Part shown: one piece after another, positions 1 through 10,761 of the stretch | How the letters are laid out: each line of letters starts with the position of its first letter | Numbering within the stretch: position 1 is the first letter of the stretch | From: Stegostoma tigrinum | Taxonomy: Eukaryota | Direction: 5' to 3' | Assembly (NCBI RefSeq): GCF_030684315.1 | Contig: NC_081357.1 | Location: 14,014,255-14,078,254, forward strand | DNA: 64,000 nt | Notes under the pieces: generated by a model | The model's database searches: none | Told to the model about the DNA's origin: nothing | The model's input: only the letters and a program-made list of their open reading frames with translations | Made by a program: the position numbers and the translations under genes

Positions 1-327
1 AAGAGTGATGTCCCCAGAGGGGATGCACACAATAGCCAAAAACCCTGGCATTAATTATGGATGTCAACACGTGTCCAAGCTTGCTGCTAATTTCACTACT
101 GGGTTTAAACTGGCTCCCATCTTCCACTCACCCCAAATTCACACACTGTTCTGCATTAAAGTTCATAAATGCTGACTGGTCAGTAGAGTATTTTAATCCC
201 TATGATTCATTACTTTATGATGATGCAAGAAAATTGACATGGCATGGTCATTTAGCTTGCCAATGGAACTCATCGGATCCTTGCATGGAACACAGGTTAA
301 ATATAAAACAAAGTACTACTCTTATTT

Positions 328-541
328 GTATCACTGATAATGGGAACTGCAAGATGCTGGAGAATCCAAGATAACAAAGTGTGGGGCTGGATGAACACAG
401 CAGGCCAAGCAGCATCTCAGGAGCACAAAAGCTGACGTTTCAGGCCGAGACCCTTCATCAGAGAGGTCCGAAACATCAGCTTTTGTGCTCCTGAGATGCT
501 GCTTGCCCTGCTGTGTTCATCCAGCTTCACACTTTATTATC
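328..541 (-). mobile_element. Penelope-derived foldback mini-element with hammerhead core
   Basis: Inverted arms (~368-442 vs ~468-542). Minus-strand CTGATGA-AGG..CCT-GAAA-CGTC at 432-461. TSD-like tactactcttattt (314-327) / tactgctctcattt (542-555). Confidence 0.85.
432..461 (-). ncRNA. Minimal type I hammerhead ribozyme motif
   Basis: CUGAUGA AGG GUCUCGG CCU GAAA CGUC AG: all core nucleotides present. Confidence 0.75.
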
Positions 542-1419
542 TACTGCTCTCATTTATTCATGGCCAGCAATAATAATAATCTTTAATAGCAGAGGTAAAC
601 AAATCTTGCATATTACATAGATTTTATCAGCTGTCCCTACACCTCGCATGGAACATTCATTCAAGTCTCACAGACGACAGGCAATGTCCATCCCCTCCAC
701 CACACACAAAGGGTCCTCTGCAGGAGGCACTGCATTAATTCACCAAGTTATTCAACAGCACCCATCTCCTAGCAACCTCTGTTATGAAGGAAAGACAAAG
801 ACAAAGACACATTATTGACTTCCCTCGTGGTGATATTCATCGCCATTGCTCTGTCAATGTCAGGGAATTCCTTACGAATCCATTGTGGGAGCAATGTCAG
901 CACCAGATCCATTGTGGTTCATGAAAAAGGCCCAGGGAATCTCATTAGGGAAACGCAAGAGAAAAGTGCCACCTTGCGAAGAACACTTCCCGAGAACAAA
1001 TTATATAATGTCGGGCAACCGCGTGCACTCATTGTGTGACTGAGTTTTCATTAGAACTTCTGTTTTAGATTATTTCCCTCAATCAATAATGTTACTCCTG
1101 TCCAAAAATTGCAGAATGGCACAGCAGAAGAGAAAGCAACTTGGCCCATTGTGTCCCTGTTAGCCAAACAGCCGTCCAACCAATCCCACCACTCGGATTT
1201 TCCCAACACTCCTGAAAAGTTCTCCCATTTTCCCTTTGAAATATTTGTTTCATGGCCCTCCAGATCGCTTTAAAATGTTATTGTGGAATCTAATTCCACT
1301 GGTCTTACAGACAGTTTATTTGCATTTATCAAGGGCTTTTTTTGACCTCAGGATGATGCAAAACCCATCTCAGACAACCTTCAAAGTGTTCAGATTTTAT
1401 TCTTTCACAGCATGACAGC

Positions 1420-1704
1420 ACTGCTGACCAAATCAGCATTTATGGTCCATTCCTAAGTGCATTTAAGTTTCAACCACATTGCTGTGGGTCTGGAGTCACA
1501 TGAAGGTCAAACCAAATATGGATGTCAGTTTCTTTCCCCGAAGGACATTAGAAAACCAGGTAGGTTTTTCAGCTATAATCGTAATCATCATTAGGCTCTT
1601 AATTCTAGATTTTTTATTGAATTCAAATTCCACCATTTGCCATGGCAGGATTTAACCCCAGGTCCACAGAACATTTGTTCGATCTCTGTATCAACAGTCT
1701 AGCA
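1420..1704 (-). mobile_element. tRNA-derived SINE (family sharing its 3' tail with the non-CR1 LINE), degenerate
   Basis: caaccacattgctgtgggtctggagtcacatg block shared with 51539-51570 and, inverted, with ~24870-24900. Confidence 0.7.
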
Positions 1705-2450
1705 ATAGAAACATAGCAACATTGATGATAGGAGCAGGAGGAGGCCATTCGGCCTTTTGAGCCTGCTCTGCCATTCTTCACAATCATGGCTGGTCGTCCA
1801 TCTGAGTAGCCTAAAGCTGCTTTCTCCCCATAACCTTTGATCCTATTTACCCCAAGTGCTATATCTAGTTGCCTTTTGAACGCATTCAATGTTTTGGCAT
1901 CGACTAATTCCTGTGGTAATGAATTCCACTGGTTTACCACTCTCTGGGTGAAGAAATGTCTCCACATCTCTTTCCTAAATGGTCTACCTTGAATCCTGAT
2001 GCTGTGACCCCTGGTTCAGGACACACCCACCATCGGGAACATCCTCCCTGCATCAACCCTGCCCAGGCCTGTTAGAATTTTATAAGTGTCTATGAGATCC
2101 CCCCTTATTTGTCTGAACTCTAGCGAAAACAATCCCAACCTAGTCAATCCCTCCTCATACATCAGACCCACCATCCCTGGAATCAGACTGGTAAACCTTA
2201 GCTGCATTCCCTCAAGAGCAAGAGAATACTTCCTCAGAAAAGGATACTAAAATTGCACACAATATTCCAGACTTGATCTCACCAAGGCCCTGTGTAACTG
2301 CAACAACACATCTCTGCTCCTGTACTCGAAACCTCTCGCAATGAAGGCCAACATACCAATTGCCTTCTTTACTGTTTGCTGTATCTATATACTTACCTTT
2401 AGCGACTGGTGCACAAGGACACCCAGGTCCCGCTGTACACTCCCCTCTCC

Positions 2451-2890
2451 TACACTGGACAAACAGGCAGAAAGCGAGCCACCAGGATACATGAACATCA
2501 ACCAGCCACAAAACGACATGACCCAATATCACTCGTATCCTTGCATACAGATGAGGAAGGACACCACTTTGATTGGGACAACACATCCATCCTAGGACAA
2601 GCCAAACAGAGACACACACGAGAATTCCTAGAAGCATGGCATTCCAACCGGAACTCCATCAACAAACACATTGATTTGGAGCCAATCTACCATCCCCTGA
2701 GAAAAAGAACTGGAAATGACATCACCAATGCAGGAAATGATATCACCAACCCAAGGAAACCTAAACAGATAAATAGAAAGCGGGACATAACACCAGCGCT
2801 TCGTCGGAGGCTCACTGATGATGTTACCTAGAATGGTGACGAAACGTCTGAAAACGAACCTTCCAGCTCAGTGAGCAAACTCACATCCAG
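2451..2890 (+). mobile_element. 5'-truncated Penelope-like element (Poseidon-like GIY-YIG end plus pLTR)
   Basis: YTGQTGRK..RIHEH..LVSLHTDEEGHHFDWDNTSIL..REFLEAWH..SINK is a GIY-YIG C-terminus. Perfect 12-bp TSD actcccctctcc at 2439-2450 and 2891-2902. Confidence 0.92.
2812..2851 (+). ncRNA. Minimal type I hammerhead ribozyme
   Basis: TCA-CTGATGA-T-GTTACC(tagaat)GGTGAC-GAAA-CGTC-TGA. Helix I TCA/TGA, 6-bp helix II, palindromic ACGT helix III, GUC triplet. Confidence 0.85.
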
Positions 2891-3344
2891 ACTCCCCTCT
2901 CCCAATTTGAGGCCATTGTTGTCTGGATTTGTTGAAATGGGCTAAGACAGAGACCACATGCAGCTGTTTCCTCTTTGTACCTCATCCTGCCTAGTGTTGT
3001 GGAAAAGCCAGCGGAAGCCAGTCATATGACTCAGGGTATAAACCACTGCTGGAACTCAAGTCTCTAACCACAGAGCCAGGAGACACGGATCATCTGTTCA
3101 CAGGAGCTGCTACAAGGCTTTGACACCAGCAAATGGACTCACCCATGACAGTTAACAAACTATCATATATTCATGGACTCGCACATTTGAAATTTGTGCA
3201 ATGACACCAGCACAACTGGTCATTTTGAGCTTATCCCTGGAGTAACTGTGTTCCCCTCTGTGGTGATTATTTAGTAATCTATTAGCCATTTGTCCATCAA
3301 TTCAGTGGGGGATTCCATCATCAGTGTAGGGGAGATCGAACAAG

Positions 3345-4436
3345 GATTCCCCAGCACCAATGTCGACAGGGCCCTCAGCTGAGTCTGACACATCATCCGC
3401 ACTTCCACCCTCACCCCATCTCTTCCCTCCCGCAACAGCGACAGAGTTCCCTTTGTCCTTACCCACCATCCCACCGGCATCCACATCCAGAAGATCATGA
3501 GTCGCCATTTCTGCCACTTCCAATGAGATGCCACCATCAAACACATATTCCCATCCCCTCTCTTGTCTGCCTTCTGTAGGGACCGTTCCCTCCGAGACAC
3601 CCTGGTCCACTCTTCCTTCACACCCAACACCCTCCCACAGCCCCACAGCACCACAGCGAAGGTGCAACAGCTGCCCATTTACCTCCTCCCTCCCCAGTAT
3701 CCAAGAGCCCAAATATACCTTCCAAGTGAATCAGCACTTTACCTGCACTTCCCAGAATCTAGTCTACTGCATTCGCTGCTCACAATGTGGTCTCCTCTAC
3801 ATTGGGAAAATGAAGCGTAGACTGGGTGACCGCTTCGTAGAACATGTATATTCTGCTCGCAAAAAAGACCCTGAGCTACCTGTTGCCTGCCACTTTAAGA
3901 CACCTCCCTACTCCCTGGCCAACATCTCTGTCTCTGCCTTGCTGCATTTCCAGCGAAGCCCAACGCAAGCTGGAAGAACAACACCTCAGTTTCTGCTTGG
4001 GGGCCTTGCAGCCCTCTGGACTCAATATCGAGTTCAATAATTTTGGGGCCTTGTCTCTCACTTGTCCTCACCCCCTACCCCACACTCCAGACCTTGTTAC
4101 CGCATAGCCTGCCACTACACACCCCTGTTGTTAGTCACCAGCAGTCCCCATTAACAGCTATTCACCCTCCCAGCCAGATCATTGTCAACTCCTTTGTCTA
4201 TCCAACTGCTCTTGTCTCTCTTCAGGCTCTATCCTATCGTTTACCCCCTACATGATCACCCTCCATAAGTTCTGCATATGAACTGATGTTTTCCCAGCCA
4301 CCATCAGTTCTGAGGAAGGGTCATCAGACCCGAAACGTTAAGTCTGATTTTTTCTTCATAGATGCTGCCAGACCTGCTGAGCTTTTCCAACAACTTCTCT
4401 TTTTGTTCCTGATTTACAGCATCTGCAGTTCTTTCA
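3345..4436 (+). mobile_element. Penelope-like element 3' part (Neptune-like Cys-rich GIY-YIG plus pLTR), frameshifted
   Basis: FTCTSQNLVYCIRCSQCGLLYIGKMKRRLGDRFVEH and, in another frame, AFCRDRSLRDTLVHS and QRKLEEQHLSFCLGALQPSGLNIEF. A hammerhead follows in the 3' repeat. Confidence 0.92.
4306..4343 (+). ncRNA. Minimal hammerhead ribozyme (GUU triplet variant)
   Basis: agtt-CTGAGGA-A-GGGTC(atca)GACCC-GAAA-CGTT-aa: perfect 5-bp helix II. Confidence 0.8.
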
Positions 4437-5060
4437 CTTTTGATATATTTCAAAGTCAGGACGGTGAGTGGCTTAGAAGAGAAACTGCAGTTGGTTGTAT
4501 TCCCATGTATCTGCTACCCTTGTCCTTCTGGACTGAAGTGCTTGTGGCTTTACAAGGTGCTATCTAAGAATTTTTGGTGAATTGTATCCCGTGAACTAAT
4601 GAAAAACAGCTTTTCTTTAGCTCTTCAGATGCCCAGCTCCACAGGATAATGCTAGAAGTAACATTGCCCCACTCTGTTTGAGAATCTGAAATAGGACAAG
4701 AAGCTAGGTCATTACCCTTTCGTCTATAGCAACTGATTTTTGAATTAACCCCAAAACAACAGGATTCCCCTGTGAGGTGAAAATTGGATTGTACTATTGG
4801 TATCAAGGTCATTATGTGTAACAGAATACAATGCAGACCTGTTTTCCAATTTGCGAGGGACTAGTAATCCTAGTAAATGAACCCACCGGATAACTATAGA
4901 GAAAAGTTAGTGTTAAATAGGTCCAGTCAGTTTCTGGTTTTGAGACAGAAGGAAGCAAATTTCAACCTGAAACATGCTATACCATATCTTACATGGATGC
5001 TTGCGATTCTGAGCTTTCATGCCAAAGTGGAAAACGGGCCATCTTTCATATCATTGACAT

Positions 5061-5365
5061 CAGTGGTTAGCATTGCTGCCTCAAAGCGCCAGGGACCCAG
5101 GTTCAATTCCACCCTCAAGCTACTGCCTGTGTGGAGTCTGCGCGTCCTTCCCATGTCTGCGTGGGTTTCCTCTGGGTGCTCCGGTTTCCTCCCACAGTCC
5201 AAGGATACGCAGGCTAGGTGAGTTGGCCATATTAAATTACACACAGTGTTCAGGGATGTGTAGATTAAGTGGGTTATGGGGGGATGGGTCTGGATGGGAT
5301 GCTCTGAGGGTTGGTGTGGCCTTGTTAGGCCAAAGGGCTTGTTTCCACCCTGTGGGGATTCTTTG
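5061..5365 (+). mobile_element. HE1-like V-SINE
   Basis: tRNA-like head (cagtggttagc...ggttcaattccc), V-domain gtctgcgtgggtttcctctgggtgctccggtttcctcccacagtccaa, CR1-like tail. Confidence 0.9.
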
Positions 5366-6679
5366 CAATCTTTGAAGACATCCTTCTCCTGATATTCTAA
5401 AAATGTCAGAATGCCAGCTGGACCAGAACTCTTGCTTTTTCACAACTTGTCAAAAACAACGCTGAACTGAGAGACTATTGTCCATCCAATCAGCTATTAA
5501 AGTGGAAGTTGTGCCATCAAGATAAACACTGTCACAATTTAAATTCCTGATGTGTGTGCTATAATGTCCCTGGCTACGTTTCATAGGAAAGTTGTCTCTC
5601 TAATCTTTTCTCCCATTAAATTATTGAGATTCATGGGACGACCCTCATCCCTCCCTGTCCATACCCCTAGCTGCATCATCCTCAAAAATAACTCACCACA
5701 CGCAAAAAATCATTTGAGAATACTCCAGGCAGAATAAGAGATGAATTTTCTTACAGCCTTTACTCCCAAACTTCTTCCTAACATTTTTCAATCTTATCCA
5801 TAGTCGAAAGGAATTCCATTGTTCATTGTGACTCTTTCATGAACGGTCGTGGTGATTTCTAGTCCTTGCTGCATTTCTCATGGCAACAGTCTGACCAATC
5901 AGAGCCAACCTGCCAGGAGTGATTATTTTTCACTAAAATGGACAGTGAGCGTTCATGCTGCACTTCTATGTCAGCCAATCAGCACCCTCTTCGCGTGTTG
6001 TATAAGTTGGTGTTCCCTTTCCAAGGGAGGCTTCTTGACTCTCGGTCCTGGTGGATACAAGATGCAAAGTTGTGACTTTGTGTCTATTTTTGGAAATGCT
6101 TAAATTCATTAACCCCTCCCAATGTCATTGCCAGTCCGCTATCTTAGCCGAGCTGTTCGGGTTACCATAAGCTTGTTGTATCACTTTGAGTTTCCTGCTG
6201 CAAACAAATTTCTCATCCCCACCCTGTCCACTTCCCAACACCAGTTTTCCAAAAGTCCCAGCAAAGAAGAGGTTGTTGAGCCAACACTATCATCGCTGAG
6301 CAGACCCCAGTGGAATGATTACAACACTATAGTGTAATTAGGCACACATCAAGGCAGTCTTCCAAACTAGACGCCCAAATGTCTTCACAAACAAGTCTTC
6401 CAATCCAATCAAAACACACAGGCACACACAGACACAGATATCAACGAAAGTCTCCACCCTAGCAGAGAATGCTGTTTGCCATCAATACTTTCTGCAAGTT
6501 TATCATGGCCAGGGGGAGGGAAAATTACAACTTGTCACAACAGTGAAATGGGTGGTTGATTGCAACACTTTGCAACCACAAGAGTCACATTACAGGAACA
6601 CTTAGCCAATGTCAACAATTTTTCAATTTAAAGACTAACATTTAAAGCTATGTTATCAGAAACCATACGCTTCTACCTT

Positions 6680-7235
6680 GTCAGCTTAGTTCTGTGGCTC
6701 ACACTCTGAACTCTGACTTACAAGGCTGTGAATTCAAGTACAGTTTGATGATGAGCTCATAAACAATCGGCTGATGCTCCAGTGTTTGTTCGGCGAGAGC
6801 TCAGTTGGTTTTCAGTGCAAAGTGACAACAGCATGAGTTCAATTCCTGCACTGACTGAGGTCATCCCCATGAAGGTCCTGTTTTCTCAATCTCTCCCCTT
6901 GTCTGAGGTGCAGTGACCATCAGCTTTATACTTCACCTGTTGTCTCTCTCCAATGAGAGAGTGGGGCAATGGTGACTTTACCTTTTCTGAGCGAGCATTA
7001 AGCTGTTGGAGGGTTTGTTACTCAGATGAGGTGTGAACCCAAGGTTCCATCTGGCCCTCTTAGATGAACATAAAATATAACAGTACTCTATTTCGAAGAA
7101 AAGTAAGTGTGTTATCTCCAGCATCTCGGCCAATATTTATCTGTTAATTAACATTATGGAAACTAATGATCTACTCAGTGTCTCGCCACAGCTTATAGTA
7201 GCTGCTGTCCACAGATTAGCTGCATTCTTTCTACA
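6680..7235 (+). mobile_element. Deu-domain-type SINE (SacSINE1-like), old, with nested SINE
   Basis: Diverged head plus tactctatttcgaagaaaag...ggccaatatttatc core. Interrupted at ~6790-6986. Confidence 0.65.
6790..6986 (+). mobile_element. Short tRNA-derived SINE nested in the Deu-type SINE
   Basis: A-box-like agctcagttgg, B-box-like gagttcaattcc, 3' end gactttacctttt. Confidence 0.6.
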
Positions 7236-7265
7236 TTAGTGCAGGGTCTGTAGCTCAAGTCTCTG

Positions 7266-7345
7266 TCAAACCTGACCTGCTGTATTCCTCCAGCTCCACA
7301 CTGTATTGGCTGTGACTCCAGCATCTGCAGCCCTTGCCATCTCTG
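7266..7345 (+). mobile_element. PLE pLTR 3' tail fragment
   Basis: cctgacctgctgtattcctccagctccacactg...ctccagcatctgcag matches the mini-element family. Weak 11/14 TSD at 7252-7265 / 7346-7359. Confidence 0.7.
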
Positions 7346-8014
7346 AGCTTGAGACTCTGGTGCCGTGATAGATCCTCCATTCAAAAGTACATAAGGTATC
7401 AGACATGCTTCGGTTAGGAGAACCCTTGCCTCCTGAGGCTGAAAGTAATTGTTTCTGCAGCTCCAAGCAGAAAGGCTTGAATTAATTCACACTACATTGT
7501 TACAATCCTTTGTCTGATCCAACCTTGTCAGTTCACAGTTTTCCAATTATGGGCTTGGACATGCCTCTCATGTTCAATAAAGCCTGTGAGCACCATTGCC
7601 TATCAGAGTTTCAAATTGTACACGAACAAGTGAGGAGGTTTAACAATACACTCGAGAAATACACTAAAATGTGGACTAAGATTAAAGCTAAATGAAAAAA
7701 AAATTAGCAGGATCGCTGCCCCCTCTATTAACGGAAAATGGTTAGTGACTTGATTGGGTTTCCAGTCATTAATTTGAGAAATATTCCAGCCTCAGGAATT
7801 TATTTACAACTTTTGTTTTGGGGACTTCAGATGAAGTTTCATCTAAAACCTCAGAGCTAGAGTGGATAAAAATATCAACTGTTAACTGGAAGATGATACA
7901 TTTGCTCGTGTGTCAAACAACTCAATGCCATTCTGCGGCTGTGTTTTTCCAATTGAGCTTCAACCATCCCACATAGACTGCAAAACAGCTAAACTGCAAG
8001 CTAAAGCAACTTTG

Positions 8015-8345
8015 ACAACAATAACAATTTGCATGCATTTAGCACTTTTAAGGTGGTAATGTGTCCTAAGGTGTTTCACTGAAGAATCATCACATGTAAT
8101 TTGACGCGAAACTGTATAGGGATATTAGGAGTGGCAACAAAATTCTTGATCAGTTAGGTTTTAAGGAATGTCTTAAAGAAGAAGAGACAAGTTGGAGGAA
8201 TGGAGTCGGAGATTTACGATGAAAATACCAGAAAATTGACAGCGGAAGGCGCACTTGCCCATCGAGGAATAATTTAAAATCATGAACGTGCAAGTCAGCA
8301 GCAGCAAAGGAGTACAAAGTTATCAGATCTCACAACGGAAAGCTC
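8015..8345 (-). mobile_element. L2-like LINE 3' end, old
   Basis: aacaatttgcatgcatttagcacttttaa...taggttttaaggaatgtcttaaagaagaagaga resembles the reverse complement of an L2 3' terminus. Confidence 0.55.
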
Positions 8346-8814
8346 TTGGAAGGATTTGAAAGCAATTTTAATAATTCTGCTATAAGGCTGACTGAATAAA
8401 AAGAGGCCACTCTGCTCATCACACTTCATTTTACAAAGGTTTGCTATCCCTTTGCACCTGTTACATTCACCTCACTTGTGTTGCCTTGGAGAAAACTCCC
8501 TGTTGGTTGACGCAAGCACTCCAATTATCGGTAGTTTCAACTATTCCAATGTCTACAACTGTCTGAGAAAAACACAGTTTGTTTTGTCTGGCATGAGAGT
8601 GCCCTGAGTCACTGGCATTTTGGAGCTTTTAATAGGAGAGTTTTTGTATTAACATATTTTGTCTCAAGGATTTTGTATTCCTCACAAAAAATAACATGAA
8701 ACCGGCATCTGGGCTGGGACTGTAACATTTCTTCAAACATGTAGCTTTGAAAAATCACAACTGAGCCAGAAAACTATGAGCTCGAGCTCTCCCGCTGAGC
8801 ATATTTTTTGGCTG

Positions 8815-9155
8815 GCATGACAGTATTTTACTGAGAGAATGCTCACCTTTTGGATAAGACTGCATAAAGCCGTAGCCCTAATACTCTCCCAAGTCAATGT
8901 TAAAGATCCTTTAGTATTCTCTCAAGGGCAGGGGTGCGCACCTTTTTTTTGCTAGCATTTATCTTCTACACAATGTGCAAAGCACATATCTTATAAATTT
9001 GTTCATTTCAGTTCCTGGGAGCTAACATTACTACAAATTAGATGCTGGTGCAAATTAGATGCAATGGATTCCAAAAATGCTACATTGTTTGCAGAAGACA
9101 TTGAGGCATTCTGAACTCCTGAGGTACACCATATAAATATATACAAATCTCTCTT
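8815..9155 (+). mobile_element. Deu-type SINE remnant
   Basis: Degenerate similarity to 6990-7235 and 44605-45040, ending in an L2-like tail (catataaatatatacaaatctctcttt). Confidence 0.5.
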
Positions 9156-9530
9156 TCCTTATCATAAACGACTTCCTGACAGGCACTCAAGTTTTCACCA
9201 AACCATGGGGTTATGCACGTTATTCTAAAATGAGCCAGAAGGAGCCAGATGCATGAATCCCACTCCCACCTCCCACGGATCCCATTTTTCCCTGGAAGGT
9301 GAAGAGGTAGGATTGAGAGACCTGAACTCAGCAGGGTCTTGTGAACTCAGTTCAAAGACACCTCATTTTAGCTGTGGCAAAGCCCATTTCTCACAGTGCA
9401 AGCCCTATGATTTTTTATCAGTCGGCAAAAATACTAATAGAAGTAGATAAGGTTTGCAGAATTATGCACCTGTCAAGTTATTTAAATTCCTGTCATGTAA
9501 ATATTGAAAAGAAAACAATATGCCAAGGCA

Positions 9531-9632
9531 AGGAGATAACAAGGTGTAGAGTTGGATGGACACAGCAGGCCAGGCAGCATCAGAGGAGCAGGAAAGCTGA
9601 TGTTTCGGGTCCAGACCCTTCTTCAGAAAATG
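9531..9632 (-). mobile_element. PLE pLTR fragment with decayed hammerhead
   Basis: Minus strand CTGAAGA AGGG TCTGGA CCC GAAA CATC AG followed by the family tail. Confidence 0.8.
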
Positions 9633-9923
9633 AACTGCTAAGGCTCTGAGCGAAAGAGTATTAGACACTCCAGCTTCAATAGTTGTTCAACAACACGGCC
9701 TGAGACATCTCATTATAGCATTATTACTGCCTGTCTGCTATCATTGTCACAGTGACGACATTGTTAATTTATAGTTTTACCGACAGCTGCCAAAGGTTAT
9801 TAAGGGATTAGGTCTCTTTGAGGTGGGATAATGAATAGAAATTCATGTTCTCATAAATGATTAAGTACATGACGGGATGTTTTAAATGGGCTTTTATCAG
9901 CAAAAATGTTTGATAAATAGTGA

Positions 9924-10622
9924 AGAGAGAATGGGAACTGCAGACGCTGGAGAATCCGAGATAACAAAGTGTGGGGCTGGATCAACACAGCAGGCCAAGC
10001 AGCATCTTAGGAGCACAAAAGCTGACATTTCGGGCCGAGACCCTTCGTCAGAAATGGGGTAGGGGGAGAGGATTCTGAAATAAATAGGGAGAGAGGGAGA
10101 GGCAGATCAAAGGTGGATAGAGGAGAAGATAGGTGGAGAGGAGAGAGACAAGTTAAAGAGGCGGGGATGGAGCCTGTAGAGGTTAGCACAGGTGGGGAGG
10201 TAGGGAGTGGATAGGTCAGCCCGGGGAGCACGGACAGGTCAAGGTGCCTCCCTTGTCCGCAGGTTTGATGGTGAGGTTGGGATTGGAGCGGAGGGCTGCA
10301 CGTTCTGCGGGGGAGAGGTTGGAGTGGGTGAGAGGGTGGAGAGGTTGAGGCTGTTGATGTCTCGTCGGCAGTTGGCGATGAAGAGATTGAGGGAGGGTAG
10401 GATGCCTAGGTGTGGTGTTCAGGAGGACGACTTGTGTTGGAGGTGGGTGAAGGGGTCAGCGGAGGGAGAGTGTGGCTCCCGATTAGAGAAGTACTCACCC
10501 ACTTCAACCCTCTCCCCATCCACCTTCTCTGATGAAGGGTCTAGGCCCAAAACATCAGCTTTTGTGCTCCTAAGATGCTGCTTTCCCTGCTGTGTTCATC
10601 CAGCTGCACACTTTGTTATCTC
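9924..10622 (-). mobile_element. Internally deleted PLE: 3' pLTR, ORF fragment and inverted partial pLTR
   Basis: Perfect 13-bp TSD tgataaatagtga (9911-9923 / 10623-10635). Minus strand ~10246-10325 encodes NLSPAERAALRSNPNLTIKPADKGG (PLE DKG motif). Hammerhead-like cores at 10022-10051 (-) and 10529-10558 (+). Confidence 0.9.
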
Positions 10623-10761
10623 TGATAAATAGTGAGGTCTGTAATAGACATGTAGATTGTTTTTTATATTTGGTCTCGACATGGGTCCGATGTCTGCCTT
10701 TGGTGGACAGTGGGTGAATTGACAAGGATGGAAGGTGGGTCATTCAACGGTGAGTTCTCGA

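Larger units (their letters stand above)
1705..2917 (-). mobile_element. CR1 LINE 3' fragment, interrupted by a PLE insertion at 2451-2890
   Basis: Minus ORFs with FFTQRVVNQWNSLP, LFSLEFRQIRGDLI and MYEEGLTRLG (CR1 ORF2 C-terminus). (TTCTAT)-like tail near 1705. Confidence 0.9.

Noticed and set aside
328-541. Class II MITE or pre-miRNA interpretation of the foldback elements
   Set aside because: The arms are asymmetric, contain hammerhead cores, have variable 12-16 bp TSDs, and one copy is linked to PLE coding sequence.
2712-2750. CRISPR-like or regulatory direct repeats (ggaaatgacatcaccaa x2)
   Set aside because: A 21-bp tandem duplication inside the PLE 3' region, with no spacers, in a eukaryotic context.
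5061-5135. tRNA gene
   Set aside because: The tRNA-like head continues into a V-domain and CR1 tail, so it is a SINE. The same applies at 49341, 21690 and 28627.
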